A stretch of DNA of 64,000 bases from an uncultured bacterium (GTDB lineage: Bacteria; CSSED10-310; CAZUFC01), in contig CAZUFC010000008.1 of the NCBI GenBank assembly GCA_964619725.1, positions 1 through 64,000 on the forward strand, in the 5' to 3' direction. Positions 1 to 9,778 of the stretch are shown here, in pieces (position 1 is the stretch's first letter; every line of letters begins with the position of its first letter). Made by a program: the position numbers and the translations under genes. The notes under the pieces are model-generated. The model was not told where the DNA came from, ran no database searches, and was given only the letters and a program-made list of their open reading frames with translations.

Positions 1-1
1 A

Positions 2-136
2 TCCGAAGATTGACGCAGTATTGGGAAAAATTCGCCGTTTATGGACAAAAACTAATTAGCGCCTGTTCGTAAACTCATTTTTACCTGGCATGCCGGAGCA
101 TTGGGGGAAGTTCGCCGTTTATGGACAAAAACTAAT
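2..136. repeat. Two direct copies of a MITE-end-like motif (ttcgccgtttatggacaaaaactaat at 31-56 and 111-136)
   Basis: Exact 26-nt repeat. A longer near-copy lies at 42126-42176. The window edge limits interpretation. Confidence 0.7.
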
Positions 137-954
137 CAATTATCCCCAACTTCCCTAGAAATTATTTCCTGTCTTTTTCTATACGGAATATTGACTTTCC
201 GGCTCGCAGACGTCCCGGCAGTCCAGGCCGCCATGCTCAAAAGTAAGTCCTCCGTTTCAACGCTCATCTCCGGGTGAAAACCCGTAAGAGCTATGCGTCC
301 CTCTCCATACGAAGCCGTCAATGCCGCAGGCGCATCTATTTTTTTATACCAGGCGAATATTTCAGAACCGGGAGCATCGAATGCGGGACCGTCGAAATAA
401 TATCCCGGAACCAGGCCGCTGTCGAGTCCGCAAGCAGGATGACCCTCCCCGATTCTCAATTCAACCCATTCCGGTTCTCCCGGATTCGCAAGCTCATCCA
501 AAGGACCTGTTCCGCATCCGTCAACCAGGTCCAGAAGATAATCATATTCCCTCTCATACCAGACGATTCGATCCATGGCAAAAAAAGCTCCGGCACATAT
601 CCCGATGAATCCGCCGCCCTCAAGCGTAAAATTCCGTATTTCTTCTATACCCTTTCCGAATAGATCGGAATTGTAGAAGCCTGACTTACCGCCGGGTATG
701 ATCAATAACGCATATGTCCGGTCCAGATTCCCTCTACAAATATCATCCGAACTTAACCTGGAACAGTTATATCCTTCAGCGCTCAAAACACTTTCGATCG
801 TTTGCAGTCCTTCCTCCCAGACACCTCTGCCGTCATATAACGCAATCGACGCGTCTGACGGTCCCGATGGGGCTTCATTCGAACAACCAAAAACATTATT
901 AAAAAGTAAAATTAAAATGCTCAACTTCTGTATTCTTCTTTGTTTCATGTCCAA
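136..954 (-). CDS. BPL_N-like (class I glutamine amidotransferase-like fold) putative lipoprotein
   Basis: Motifs LLIIPGG, GGGFIGICAGA, FDGP and FHPE; N-terminal hydrophobic stretch ending VFGC (lipobox-like). Confidence 0.7.
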   Translation of the reverse strand: MDMKQRRIQKLSILILLFNNVFGCSNEAPSGPSDASIALYDGRGVWEEGLQTIESVLSAEGYNCSRLSSDDICRGNLDRTYALLIIPGGKSGFYNSDLFGKGIEEIRNFTLEGGGFIGICAGAFFAMDRIVWYEREYDYLLDLVDGCGTGPLDELANPGEPEWVELRIGEGHPACGLDSGLVPGYYFDGPAFDAPGSEIFAWYKKIDAPAALTASYGEGRIALTGFHPEMSVETEDLLLSMAAWTAGTSASRKVNIPYRKRQEIISREVGDN

Positions 955-1320
955 TAACCTGTCATCATGAATGAATCTTTAGCCCTCTTTTATTGATGCG
1001 GCAAGTCCGGAAAAGTTTAATGGAAATTTTGACTTTTTTGAACCTCACGCCTATGATCTTTCTGTCTTTAAAAGAACCTTCCCGAAAATTCAGGAAGAGT
1101 TCACGCTTTTCAAACTTTCACGCTGCCTGGGAGGAATTGGAAAATAATGGACCTATTCTTCATTGCTCCGTTAAAGTGTGCCCTCCATAATCGTCCATTG
1201 ATCGGATACCGGCAGCCCCTGTCCGCCCTCTTATGACGGATAAAAAAAGACCGTGCGGATACTCGCTGACCCATCCGGCATGAAAATTCTTAAAAAACAC
1301 ATTACGAAGAGTAAAAGCTT

Positions 1321-2775
1321 ATGAAGATAAATCGTGATTCCATTATCCAGAGAAACGCCGAATATTTTAAAGAAAAAATACCGGCCGGGAGCTGGTTGAC
1401 GGAAAAACAGAAGGGTCGCGCCGAACGGGAAAGGGAATCGATTCTGAAATCAATGGAAGGAGAAATAAAAGTAATTTGCAAAGGAACTAAATTATATCAC
1501 GGGAGTATTTCAAAAGGGTGTCGCATATGTGCGGCAGGCAAGTGGTCCTGTCTTTTCATCAACGGCAAATGCAACGCTGCCTGTTTTTTCTGTCCCTCGG
1601 CTCAAAAAAGCATGGATGCGCCGATCACGAACGGAATAGAGTTCTCGAAAGTGAAGGATTACACTGATTATTTGAAAAGATTCGATTTCAAGGGAGCGGC
1701 GATAAGCGGCGGGGAGCCGTTTTTAAGTTTCGAAAGGAGTATGAGTTTCATTCGGAAGATACGAAGATCGATGGGGGAAGAATTTTATATCTGGTTGTAT
1801 ACGAATGGAATGGAAGCGACGCGGGAGAAGATAAAGAGGTTGTCCGATGCGGGGTTGGATGAGATGCGTTTTAATATATGCGCGGTCAATTACAATCTGG
1901 ACAAGGTGAAAGCGGCGGTTGGAAACGTCGGGACGGTAACGGTGGAAATACCGGCGATTCCAGAAGATTACGAGGTTCTGAAGAAGACGATTTTGGAATT
2001 AGAGGCGATAGGAGCTAATCGTCTTAATGTTCATCAGTTGCGCTGCACTCAGTATAATTCATCTAAACTTGTCAAAAGGGGATATACATTTCTGCACGGT
2101 CCTGCGGTCACGGTACTGGAGTCGGAATTGACGGCATTGCGGCTTCTTGAATATGCAGCGGCAGAGGGAACGGGACTGGGTGTTCATTATTGTTCCAACG
2201 TTTACCGCAGGCAGTATCAGGGCATGGCTGCGAGAAAGCTTTGCGCATCTTATATTTCGGAAGACTACGAGGATATAACGGAAACAGGATTCATCAGACA
2301 TTTTAAAATCAAAGGTCAGGCCGATGAACTGAAAGGACTTATGGAAAAATGGAGCGGCGCCGGCATCGCCGGCGACAACGTGAAGCTGGATGAAACAGCA
2401 GGCGTTCTGATTTTTAACGAAGAAGCGTTTCGATATGCGGGGGACGCGGGAAAGCCCATTTATGTATCTTATTATATGCCTGTGATCAGGTCTTTTGTTT
2501 CTTATCGTCATCGTTTCAAAAAATTAGCGTTGAACGCCAGGCGGGAGCTCATCGTTGAAAAAGTACCTGCCGTAACGGACGTGGAAGCGGAAGCCGGTTC
2601 GGATATTACCGCAGACCTGTTGAGGAATATGGCGGCTGAAGACCGTAAAATGCATCGTCCGCTTGTTGAGGATCGTCCGTACAAGATAGTTTTGAGAGGA
2701 TTCGAAGATAATCGGTTTTTGTATCGGACGAATGAGATGGAATACATCACAGAAGGTTTACAGGAGTATTTTTAA
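1321..2775 (+). CDS. Radical SAM protein (PFL-activating-enzyme-related, uncharacterised)
   Basis: CxxxCxxC motif CNAACFFC, upstream GCRIC, SGGEP, YTNG and GLDEMRF. Confidence 0.85.
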   Translation: MKINRDSIIQRNAEYFKEKIPAGSWLTEKQKGRAERERESILKSMEGEIKVICKGTKLYHGSISKGCRICAAGKWSCLFINGKCNAACFFCPSAQKSMDAPITNGIEFSKVKDYTDYLKRFDFKGAAISGGEPFLSFERSMSFIRKIRRSMGEEFYIWLYTNGMEATREKIKRLSDAGLDEMRFNICAVNYNLDKVKAAVGNVGTVTVEIPAIPEDYEVLKKTILELEAIGANRLNVHQLRCTQYNSSKLVKRGYTFLHGPAVTVLESELTALRLLEYAAAEGTGLGVHYCSNVYRRQYQGMAARKLCASYISEDYEDITETGFIRHFKIKGQADELKGLMEKWSGAGIAGDNVKLDETAGVLIFNEEAFRYAGDAGKPIYVSYYMPVIRSFVSYRHRFKKLALNARRELIVEKVPAVTDVEAEAGSDITADLLRNMAAEDRKMHRPLVEDRPYKIVLRGFEDNRFLYRTNEMEYITEGLQEYF

Positions 2776-2801
2776 AAAGCAAAACGGAAGGGGATAGTGG
2801 A

Positions 2802-3143
2802 TTGAGCAGCGAAACTTCTGGATTATATGAGCGCATATACAGCATTGTCCGTCAGATACCTTACGGGAAAGTCGCTTCCTACGGGCAGATAGCTCTGATG
2901 GTTGAAGGAAGCGCTCCCCGCATTGTAGGGTACGCCATGGCGGCAGTTACTCCTGAAAGCGGCGTTCCGTGGCACAGGGTCATCAACAGCCGAGGTGAAA
3001 TAAGCAAACGGTTCGGCGGAACGGGAGACGCTGATCAGAAGGCGCTTCTTGAATCTGAAGGGATAACTTTTAACGAGAAAAACCGTATTGACATGAAAAA
3101 ATACGGGTGGATCGCACCTGAATTTCTGCTGCAGTCGCCTTAA
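2802..3143 (+). CDS. Alkyltransferase-like (ATL/YbaZ, MGMT family) DNA-binding protein
   Basis: IPYGKVASYGQIA, PRIVG and PWHRVINSRG, with Trp replacing the catalytic Cys. Confidence 0.9.
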   Translation: MSSETSGLYERIYSIVRQIPYGKVASYGQIALMVEGSAPRIVGYAMAAVTPESGVPWHRVINSRGEISKRFGGTGDADQKALLESEGITFNEKNRIDMKKYGWIAPEFLLQSP

Positions 3144-3181
3144 GGAGGCGGTTGAAAAAGGATACGGTTTTCGACTCTTTC

Positions 3182-3210
3182 TTGACAGAATGTTGAGATT
3201 TGCCTAGTTT
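3182..3210 (+). promoter_or_regulatory. Putative sigma70 promoter for the ATP-cone gene
   Basis: TTGACA-17 nt-TAGTTT; RBS AAAGGAG at about 3244. Confidence 0.45.
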
Positions 3211-3262
3211 TTTCTGAGGTATAAGCGGCGCCGGCCGCTTGCGAAAGGAGAAATAACATCAA

Positions 3263-4612
3263 ATGGGCGGATCAAAAATATATAGTATAATTAAAAGAAA
3301 CGGAAAAGCCGTTCCGTTCAATAAGCAAAAAATAACTAATGCCATTTACAAGGCAGCTTATGCTGAAGGCGGTCATGATCGAAAACGGGCCGAAGACCTT
3401 TCGGACCAGGTTGTTAATTATTTGGAGAACCATTTCGATGAGAAGAACCCGCCCTCTGTGGAGCAGATACAGGATGCGGTCGAAAAGATTCTGATAGAGA
3501 ACGGACACGCAAGGACAGCCAAGGCTTTCATTATATACAGGAACGAGAGAACCAGGGAAAGGAAAGCCAGAGAGCGGGGCGAAAAAACCGTAACCTCTGA
3601 TTTCATTCCCTACCGGAAAATCTGGGAAACGCTCGATTGGAGCGTGGCTCACGGGCTCAGTACCATTGAGGGAATAAACAGGCGCGTTGAAAAGGGTGAA
3701 TTTTGCGATATCGTGAAGGAAAGCGATGAGCGTTACGAATGGGACATTGAGAAGGCAGCCGAAAGCATTCTAAACAGGAGAGAGAACGTGAGGCTTGTCA
3801 TCATCGCCGGCCCCTCTTCATCCGGCAAGACCACGACCACGCTGAAGCTGGCTCGACGTCTGAAGCGCAGCGGATTGAACCTGGTGGAAATGAATCTGGA
3901 CAATTATTTCTATGACCTGGAGCTGCATCCAAAAGACGAATACGGCGATTATGATTTCGAAACCCCGCAAGCGCTTGATATACCTTTAATCGATGAGCAT
4001 CTGGGGATGCTCCTGGAAGGAAAAACCATTTATGCTCCCCGTTATGATTTCAAGTCAGGCGTCAGGCGCGACGGTAAAACACCCTTTCGGCTGAATGAAG
4101 GAGACATCATTCTCATCGATTGTTTGCACGGTTTATATGAAAGTTTGACGGGAAGCGTCCCGAAAGAGGTGAAATTCAAGTTTTACATTGAGACGCTGGC
4201 CCAGATCAAAGACGACGCGGGCCATTACATACGATGGTCTGACACTAGGATGCTTCGCCGAATGTCCCGGGACGCGGAACATAGAAACCATCCTTATGTC
4301 AAGACGCTGGAGCACTGGCATTATGTTCGCAAAAGCGAGATGCGTCACATTATACCTTTTATTCATTCCGTGGATTACATTGCCAATGGATTCCTGGAAT
4401 ACGAGTTGCCTGTTTTCAAGGCGAGATTGGGCAAGACTTTCCGACAATTCGCTGAAAAGTATCGTTTGCGGAAGGATAAAAGGGATGCATTTAAGCGGGC
4501 GAGCAGGATAAACAGGATGCTGGAGCAATTCAAGGCCGTATCTGATACATCCTGCATTCCGGGCGATTCTCTTTTGCGGGAATTCATCGGCGGGAGCAGT
4601 TACAAGTATTAG
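3263..4612 (+). CDS. ATP-cone domain fused to a uridine kinase/phosphoribulokinase-like P-loop kinase
   Basis: N-terminal IIKRNG...KI..AI...VEQIQD.VEK.L...AKAFIIYR (ATP cone); P-loop GPSSSGKTT; LDNYF; RMLRRMSRD. Confidence 0.85.
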   Translation: MGGSKIYSIIKRNGKAVPFNKQKITNAIYKAAYAEGGHDRKRAEDLSDQVVNYLENHFDEKNPPSVEQIQDAVEKILIENGHARTAKAFIIYRNERTRERKARERGEKTVTSDFIPYRKIWETLDWSVAHGLSTIEGINRRVEKGEFCDIVKESDERYEWDIEKAAESILNRRENVRLVIIAGPSSSGKTTTTLKLARRLKRSGLNLVEMNLDNYFYDLELHPKDEYGDYDFETPQALDIPLIDEHLGMLLEGKTIYAPRYDFKSGVRRDGKTPFRLNEGDIILIDCLHGLYESLTGSVPKEVKFKFYIETLAQIKDDAGHYIRWSDTRMLRRMSRDAEHRNHPYVKTLEHWHYVRKSEMRHIIPFIHSVDYIANGFLEYELPVFKARLGKTFRQFAEKYRLRKDKRDAFKRASRINRMLEQFKAVSDTSCIPGDSLLREFIGGSSYKY

Positions 4613-4703
4613 CACGCGCCTTTCCATGAACTGAATCATCGAACAAGTCATCATTCTGCAGGAACATTCGTTCAAAAAGCAAACAAAAATAAGGGAAAAG
4701 CCT

Positions 4704-7700
4704 TTGAGGTATCTGATCAGACCAATGTTTGACAGGAGCATTCTGACGGTTATTTGCTTCAATGTTGTATTTTGCCTGTGGGGTCTGGAATGCTGTTTCG
4801 GCGAAAGGCTGATTCGATGGGAAGGCGAAGAGCGAATCATCGTAAAGTTGAAAGCTGCAGTGAGTCGCTCACGAATGACAGATGTTGTGGAGTCTGTTCC
4901 CGGATTTCTGGGAAGCGCAGGATTATATCCGGTTGCTCTGCCTGGTAACTTTGATACGACGGGTTTAAACCGGGTACATATTTTACGTTTTAATGCGGGA
5001 ACGGGGATTCAGAGGATCATTAAGCGGTTGGACGCTACGGAATTATTCGAATATACGGAAGCCGACGAATTGAATTATTTTCAGTGGCGACCGGATGATC
5101 CTTATTTTGAAAGGCAGTGGGGATTGTCGAATCACGGAGAATACGGCGGCATACCGGGAGCTGACGTGAATGCTGAGAGCGGCTGGGATGTATGGCGCGG
5201 GAACAGGGGAGCTGTAACGGCTGTTGTAGATACCGGCATAGACTATGATCATCCTGATCTGATGAATAATATGTGGTTTAATTCTCAGGAGCATTACAAC
5301 GGCATCGATGACGACGGCAACGGTTTTACGGACGATATAATCGGATGGGATTTTGAAAACGATGATCTGAACCCGATGGATGATTACGGTCACGGCACGC
5401 ATGTAGCGGGGATAATCGGCGCCGAGGGGAACAACTGGACAGGGGTATGCGGAATTGCGCCGAAATGTCGATTAATGGCGGTAAAAATCGGCAGCGTCTA
5501 CGGATTCTGGAATACAAGCGCAGCCGGCGGTATTATCTATGCTGTTCTGAACGGCGCGGACATTATAAATTGCAGTTGGGGAAGCTACAATGATTACGAA
5601 CTCATCAGAGACGTTATGGATTTTGCCGTCAGCAATGATGTATTAATCGTCGCTGCAGCCGGCAATGATGACACTGAGTTGAAGCATTATCCGGCGGCTT
5701 ATCCTGACGTGATCTCGGTCGGCGCTGTGGATGATTGGATGCACAAGGCTCGCTGGAACACGGAAAGGGCTTCCAACTTCGGCAGGTGGGTCGATGTATG
5801 CGCACCAGGCTGGTCTGTATTTTCAACCTTCTGGGACGATTCATACGCTGAAAAAGGAGGAACTTCCATGGCCGCGCCCTTCGTTTCCGGTCTGGCCGTT
5901 CTTCTCAAAACTTATCGCCCTCTTGAATCTTCGGCAAGCCTCCGGTCTCGTCTAATAAGCGCTGCATTCGATATAAACGAAAGCAATTTCGATTATCGGT
6001 TGAAAATGGGAAGCGGTTGCATCGATGTTTATGCAGCATTGACCGAAAAAGAGAGTCCCCGATTGCTCGTCAAAGAAGTATGGTTCAACGATGCGCTATT
6101 CGGAAATCATGATGCGAAGCTTCAGGCAGGCGAAAAGGCCGGATTAATGGTCGAGATTCGTAATACGTGGAGCTGCGCTGCAGACACAAAGGGCTTTTTG
6201 TCGACTGAGGATACTTTCTGCAGGATAATTACGGACGAGATAGCCATCGGGGACATCTATCCGGAAGAAACAGCGATTACGGATGAACCGGGATTCCTGA
6301 TGCAACTCGGTGAAGAATGCCCTCGAAATCATTTACTGAGTCTGTGGCTTGAGTTAAAGCAGCATGAGACGATTATTGATTCGGCGAGATTGCTTGTTGA
6401 AGTCAATTCCGCCGTCGGACCGCAGAAGGGTTGGCCGCAATTTGTTGATGATGCGGTTTCCTCCTGTCCGGCAACATGCGATCTGGACGGTGACGGTTAC
6501 CTGGAATTGGTTTTCGGTTGCGAATCCGGAGAAATATATGCTTTTCATTATGACGGAAAACCGGTGTCCGGATTCCCTGCGGAAGTCCAGGCCAAAATCA
6601 TCGGCAGCCCCGCAACTGCAGACGTCGACGGTGACGCAAGAGAAGAAATAGTGATAGGCGATGTCGGCAATAAATTGTATTTGTTTAACGGCAGGGGAGA
6701 AATTTTGTCCGGATGGCCTGTTGAAAACGGCGGTCACGGCGCCCCTACTTCTCCTGCAGCCGGTGATTTAAATGGAGACGGTTTGCTGGAGATTGCAGAC
6801 GCGGCCTGGAACGGCAGCGTTTCTGTTTATTCCAGGGAGGGGAGACTATTGAAGAACTGGCCATTCATAACGGATGACGGGAACAATACATCTCCGGCTT
6901 TTGGCGACCTGGACTATGACGGAGAACTCGAAATAGTCTGCGCTTCCAAAGACGGTCGCATTTATGCTCTGGATAACAACGGAGAACTTTTGCCCGGATG
7001 GCCTTTTGAAGCAAATTCAGGATTCATCGCAGCTCCGGCCCTGGTCGATTTCGATGGAGACGGCGATCTGGAGGCGCTGGCCCATTCCTACGACGGCGAA
7101 CTGTTCCTGCTTCACCATGAAGCCTCGGCATCATATCTCCCACTCACGGCAACCGAAGCGTCGGCAGTATCATCCCCGGCAATTGCAGACCTTGACCGTG
7201 ACGGCGAACCGGAAGCCGTGGTCGTCGATTCTGCTGGAAATATTCATATTTTCAATCATCGACGTATTGTCCGGCAGTTTAGCGTTAATGCAGAGGCAAG
7301 AATAACGGCTTCACCGGTTATCGCCGATATTGACGGAGATGCGCAGCAGGATATTATCATCGCTGCAGGAAGAAACATTTACGCTTTTAACGTGGAAGGA
7401 AACGTTGCGGACGGCTGGCCCGTCAGAGGAAACGGACTTATCGTAGCATCCCCCACCATTGATGATCTCGACCGGGACGGCGATCTGGAAGTCATTATCG
7501 TTGATCTGAATCGAAGAATATCCGTTATCGACACTCCGGGCATACCCTCTGAAAACGATTGGCTTACATACCAAAAAAACGGTTCCAGGACCGGTTTATA
7601 CCGCCCCCTTTCCGGCGCCCCAAAAATCCTGATGGCCGGAGTTATTCCAACTCTAGCCGACGATTGGATCGCCGCCGCCTGGATTGCCGATCCTGATGAT

Positions 7701-8345
7701 GACATAACCGGCGTCTGCGGTAAATTCGGTGATTCTGAATCCGTCGCCTTTCATCCTCATAATGATGACCGGCTTTTTACAGCTCCGCTTCCGCACGATT
7801 TGCCCGACGTCTTCTCTTTCACATTGACCGCTTCTGATGCCCGAAAGCGGAGCTCATCTCTCTGGCCTTACTTCACGATACATCAACAGCCCATTTATAA
7901 CGGCATTCTCCACGACCCGGCAGCCCTTTGCTCCAGCAGTGATACCCGCGAATGCCCGGAGAACCTTGCGATCGACCCGGAAGAGTATCCCCCCTGGAAC
8001 ATCGACGGCCCCGTCGTTCTGGCGGCTGGGTTTATGCTTTCCAATGTCATGAGTGAAACCGGCGGTCCGTTCGTTGTTAACGCTGTCATCCTGGCTGAAA
8101 AGCAAATTATGAACGTTGATCTGATGATGAACGGAAAATCGCTGGATATTTCAATGCACGACGATGGTCGCTCAATGGACTATTCCCCAAATGACGCCAT
8201 TTTCGGCTTCCGCTTCCTCATTCCACGCGGCATCGATTTGAGCGGAACATGGCAGTTCAGCATCCAGGCCGAGGATGTTTCGGGACGGCGAGGACCTCCC
8301 TGGCCGCTGTTCGATAAGAGAACTTTGGGGCGATTATTAGATTGA
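4704..8345 (+). CDS. Secreted S8 subtilisin-like serine peptidase with FG-GAP/VCBS repeats and C-terminal accessory domains
   Basis: Catalytic motifs VVDTGID, HGTHVAG, AAAGND and GTSMAAP; multiple DLDGDGxxE repeats with GWP spacers. Start codon uncertain. Confidence 0.9.
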   Translation: MRYLIRPMFDRSILTVICFNVVFCLWGLECCFGERLIRWEGEERIIVKLKAAVSRSRMTDVVESVPGFLGSAGLYPVALPGNFDTTGLNRVHILRFNAGTGIQRIIKRLDATELFEYTEADELNYFQWRPDDPYFERQWGLSNHGEYGGIPGADVNAESGWDVWRGNRGAVTAVVDTGIDYDHPDLMNNMWFNSQEHYNGIDDDGNGFTDDIIGWDFENDDLNPMDDYGHGTHVAGIIGAEGNNWTGVCGIAPKCRLMAVKIGSVYGFWNTSAAGGIIYAVLNGADIINCSWGSYNDYELIRDVMDFAVSNDVLIVAAAGNDDTELKHYPAAYPDVISVGAVDDWMHKARWNTERASNFGRWVDVCAPGWSVFSTFWDDSYAEKGGTSMAAPFVSGLAVLLKTYRPLESSASLRSRLISAAFDINESNFDYRLKMGSGCIDVYAALTEKESPRLLVKEVWFNDALFGNHDAKLQAGEKAGLMVEIRNTWSCAADTKGFLSTEDTFCRIITDEIAIGDIYPEETAITDEPGFLMQLGEECPRNHLLSLWLELKQHETIIDSARLLVEVNSAVGPQKGWPQFVDDAVSSCPATCDLDGDGYLELVFGCESGEIYAFHYDGKPVSGFPAEVQAKIIGSPATADVDGDAREEIVIGDVGNKLYLFNGRGEILSGWPVENGGHGAPTSPAAGDLNGDGLLEIADAAWNGSVSVYSREGRLLKNWPFITDDGNNTSPAFGDLDYDGELEIVCASKDGRIYALDNNGELLPGWPFEANSGFIAAPALVDFDGDGDLEALAHSYDGELFLLHHEASASYLPLTATEASAVSSPAIADLDRDGEPEAVVVDSAGNIHIFNHRRIVRQFSVNAEARITASPVIADIDGDAQQDIIIAAGRNIYAFNVEGNVADGWPVRGNGLIVASPTIDDLDRDGDLEVIIVDLNRRISVIDTPGIPSENDWLTYQKNGSRTGLYRPLSGAPKILMAGVIPTLADDWIAAAWIADPDDDITGVCGKFGDSESVAFHPHNDDRLFTAPLPHDLPDVFSFTLTASDARKRSSSLWPYFTIHQQPIYNGILHDPAALCSSSDTRECPENLAIDPEEYPPWNIDGPVVLAAGFMLSNVMSETGGPFVVNAVILAEKQIMNVDLMMNGKSLDISMHDDGRSMDYSPNDAIFGFRFLIPRGIDLSGTWQFSIQAEDVSGRRGPPWPLFDKRTLGRLLD

Positions 8346-8487
8346 TGCACAAATTTCGGACAATCGATGGCCTGCCTTTATCTTCCTTCTATCCGAAAAA
8401 TAGTCCCACTTTCCAGGAAAACTCAGACCCGCATGACCATTTTGTTCCGTAACTACAGAGCTTCTCAATCAACATTTTTACTTTCTC

Positions 8488-8516
8488 TTGAAATTTAATC
8501 CCGCGTCGTTCATAAT
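8488..8516 (+). promoter_or_regulatory. Putative sigma70 promoter for the FHA-GGDEF gene
   Basis: TTGAAA-17 nt-CATAAT. Confidence 0.45.
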
Positions 8517-8650
8517 TAAAGTGTAACAGGTACGGGTATCGGCTGTTGGCGTCGTTGAGCCGAACTCGCTTGCTTTTTTAAAATGAGTCGTTGGGGAAAA
8601 TTGCTGCTTGCATCGTACTTGTGTCGTCTGAGAAAATCATTTAAGGAAAA

Positions 8651-9658
8651 TTGACGATGAAGAAAAAACCGGAAAAAAAACCAGAAGAATTTCCGGAAAA
8701 TGAGGATGTTTCTCAATCAAAAAACGCTGCAGAGGAATCGGATTATAATACGGAAGGCGAACAACATACCACTATTATAAGGGGAGAACAGCTCCTCAAC
8801 CTTCGAAAAAAAACTAAATGCATTCCTGCCCTCACTATACTGGAGGGACCTCGAGCTGGAACGATTTTTCAGTTTCCCGCCGCGAAAAAACGCATAATCA
8901 TCGGCCGTATTCAAGCGGACTTCGTTATCTCGGACGATACCGTATCCCGCTCCCATGCCAGGTTCACCCGCCTTAAGCGTAAAAATCAGGAATGTTTTGA
9001 ACTGGAAGACCTTAACAGCACAAACGGCACATATTTAAACGGCCGAAACGTCATTCGCGCTCCTTTGCTTCCCGGCGATAAGATCAATTTAGGCGATGTT
9101 TTGCTGCAATTCGACCTTTATGATCCCATTGATTTGAAATATCGGCAGAATCTGGCTCGAAAAATTTCGGAAGCGGACAAAGATGAAGTTACGGGGCTGT
9201 ATTCACGAAAATATTTAAAACAAATTACAGGCAAAATAATAACGAAATACAAAGGCTCGCTCAGCGCGTTATGCATATGCATGACTGACCTGGACCATTT
9301 TAAAAGCGTCAATGATCGTTTCGGACATCCTGCAGGAGACGACGTTCTTAAGGTCATGGGAAAATTGCTTCGGGAAAATCTGAGGACAAACGACATTCCG
9401 ATACGTTACGGAGGCGAGGAATTTTTGATCATTTTGCCCGACTGCACTTCAGGCTCCGCGCATACGATCATTGAACGGATCAGGTGTGCTCTGGAGTCTT
9501 ACGATTTTTCAAGAATTGATCCTGAAATGAGCGTCACTTCCAGTTTTGGAATAGCGGAACTGCAACATTCGGATGATTTCGAAAGCCTGTTGAAACGAGC
9601 GGACCAGGCGCTTTACCAGGCAAAGAAAAACGGCAGAAACAGGGTTTGCATAGTATAA
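8651..9658 (+). CDS. FHA domain + GGDEF diguanylate cyclase
   Basis: FHA motifs IGR, VSRSHA and DLNSTNGTYLNG; GGDEF motifs DLDHFKSVNDRFGH.AGD, RYGGEEF and ADQALYQAK. Confidence 0.92.
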   Translation: MTMKKKPEKKPEEFPENEDVSQSKNAAEESDYNTEGEQHTTIIRGEQLLNLRKKTKCIPALTILEGPRAGTIFQFPAAKKRIIIGRIQADFVISDDTVSRSHARFTRLKRKNQECFELEDLNSTNGTYLNGRNVIRAPLLPGDKINLGDVLLQFDLYDPIDLKYRQNLARKISEADKDEVTGLYSRKYLKQITGKIITKYKGSLSALCICMTDLDHFKSVNDRFGHPAGDDVLKVMGKLLRENLRTNDIPIRYGGEEFLIILPDCTSGSAHTIIERIRCALESYDFSRIDPEMSVTSSFGIAELQHSDDFESLLKRADQALYQAKKNGRNRVCIV

Positions 9659-9778
9659 TTCACGGCTGTGACAGCAGTCTTGTTCCCGGTTCTGTGGTTT
9701 TTCTGAAAAAAGGCTTTTTACGGCGGCGCCGGCGAAAGTTTATTATGCTCCGTCGGAAAGACGAGGAGAATCTTTATA

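Noticed and set aside
1-136. Possible end of a CRISPR array (26-nt repeat, 80-nt period)
   Set aside because: Only two copies, no cas genes, and the motif recurs as an inverted-repeat end at about 42.1 kb, which fits a MITE better. Sequence upstream of the window is not visible.
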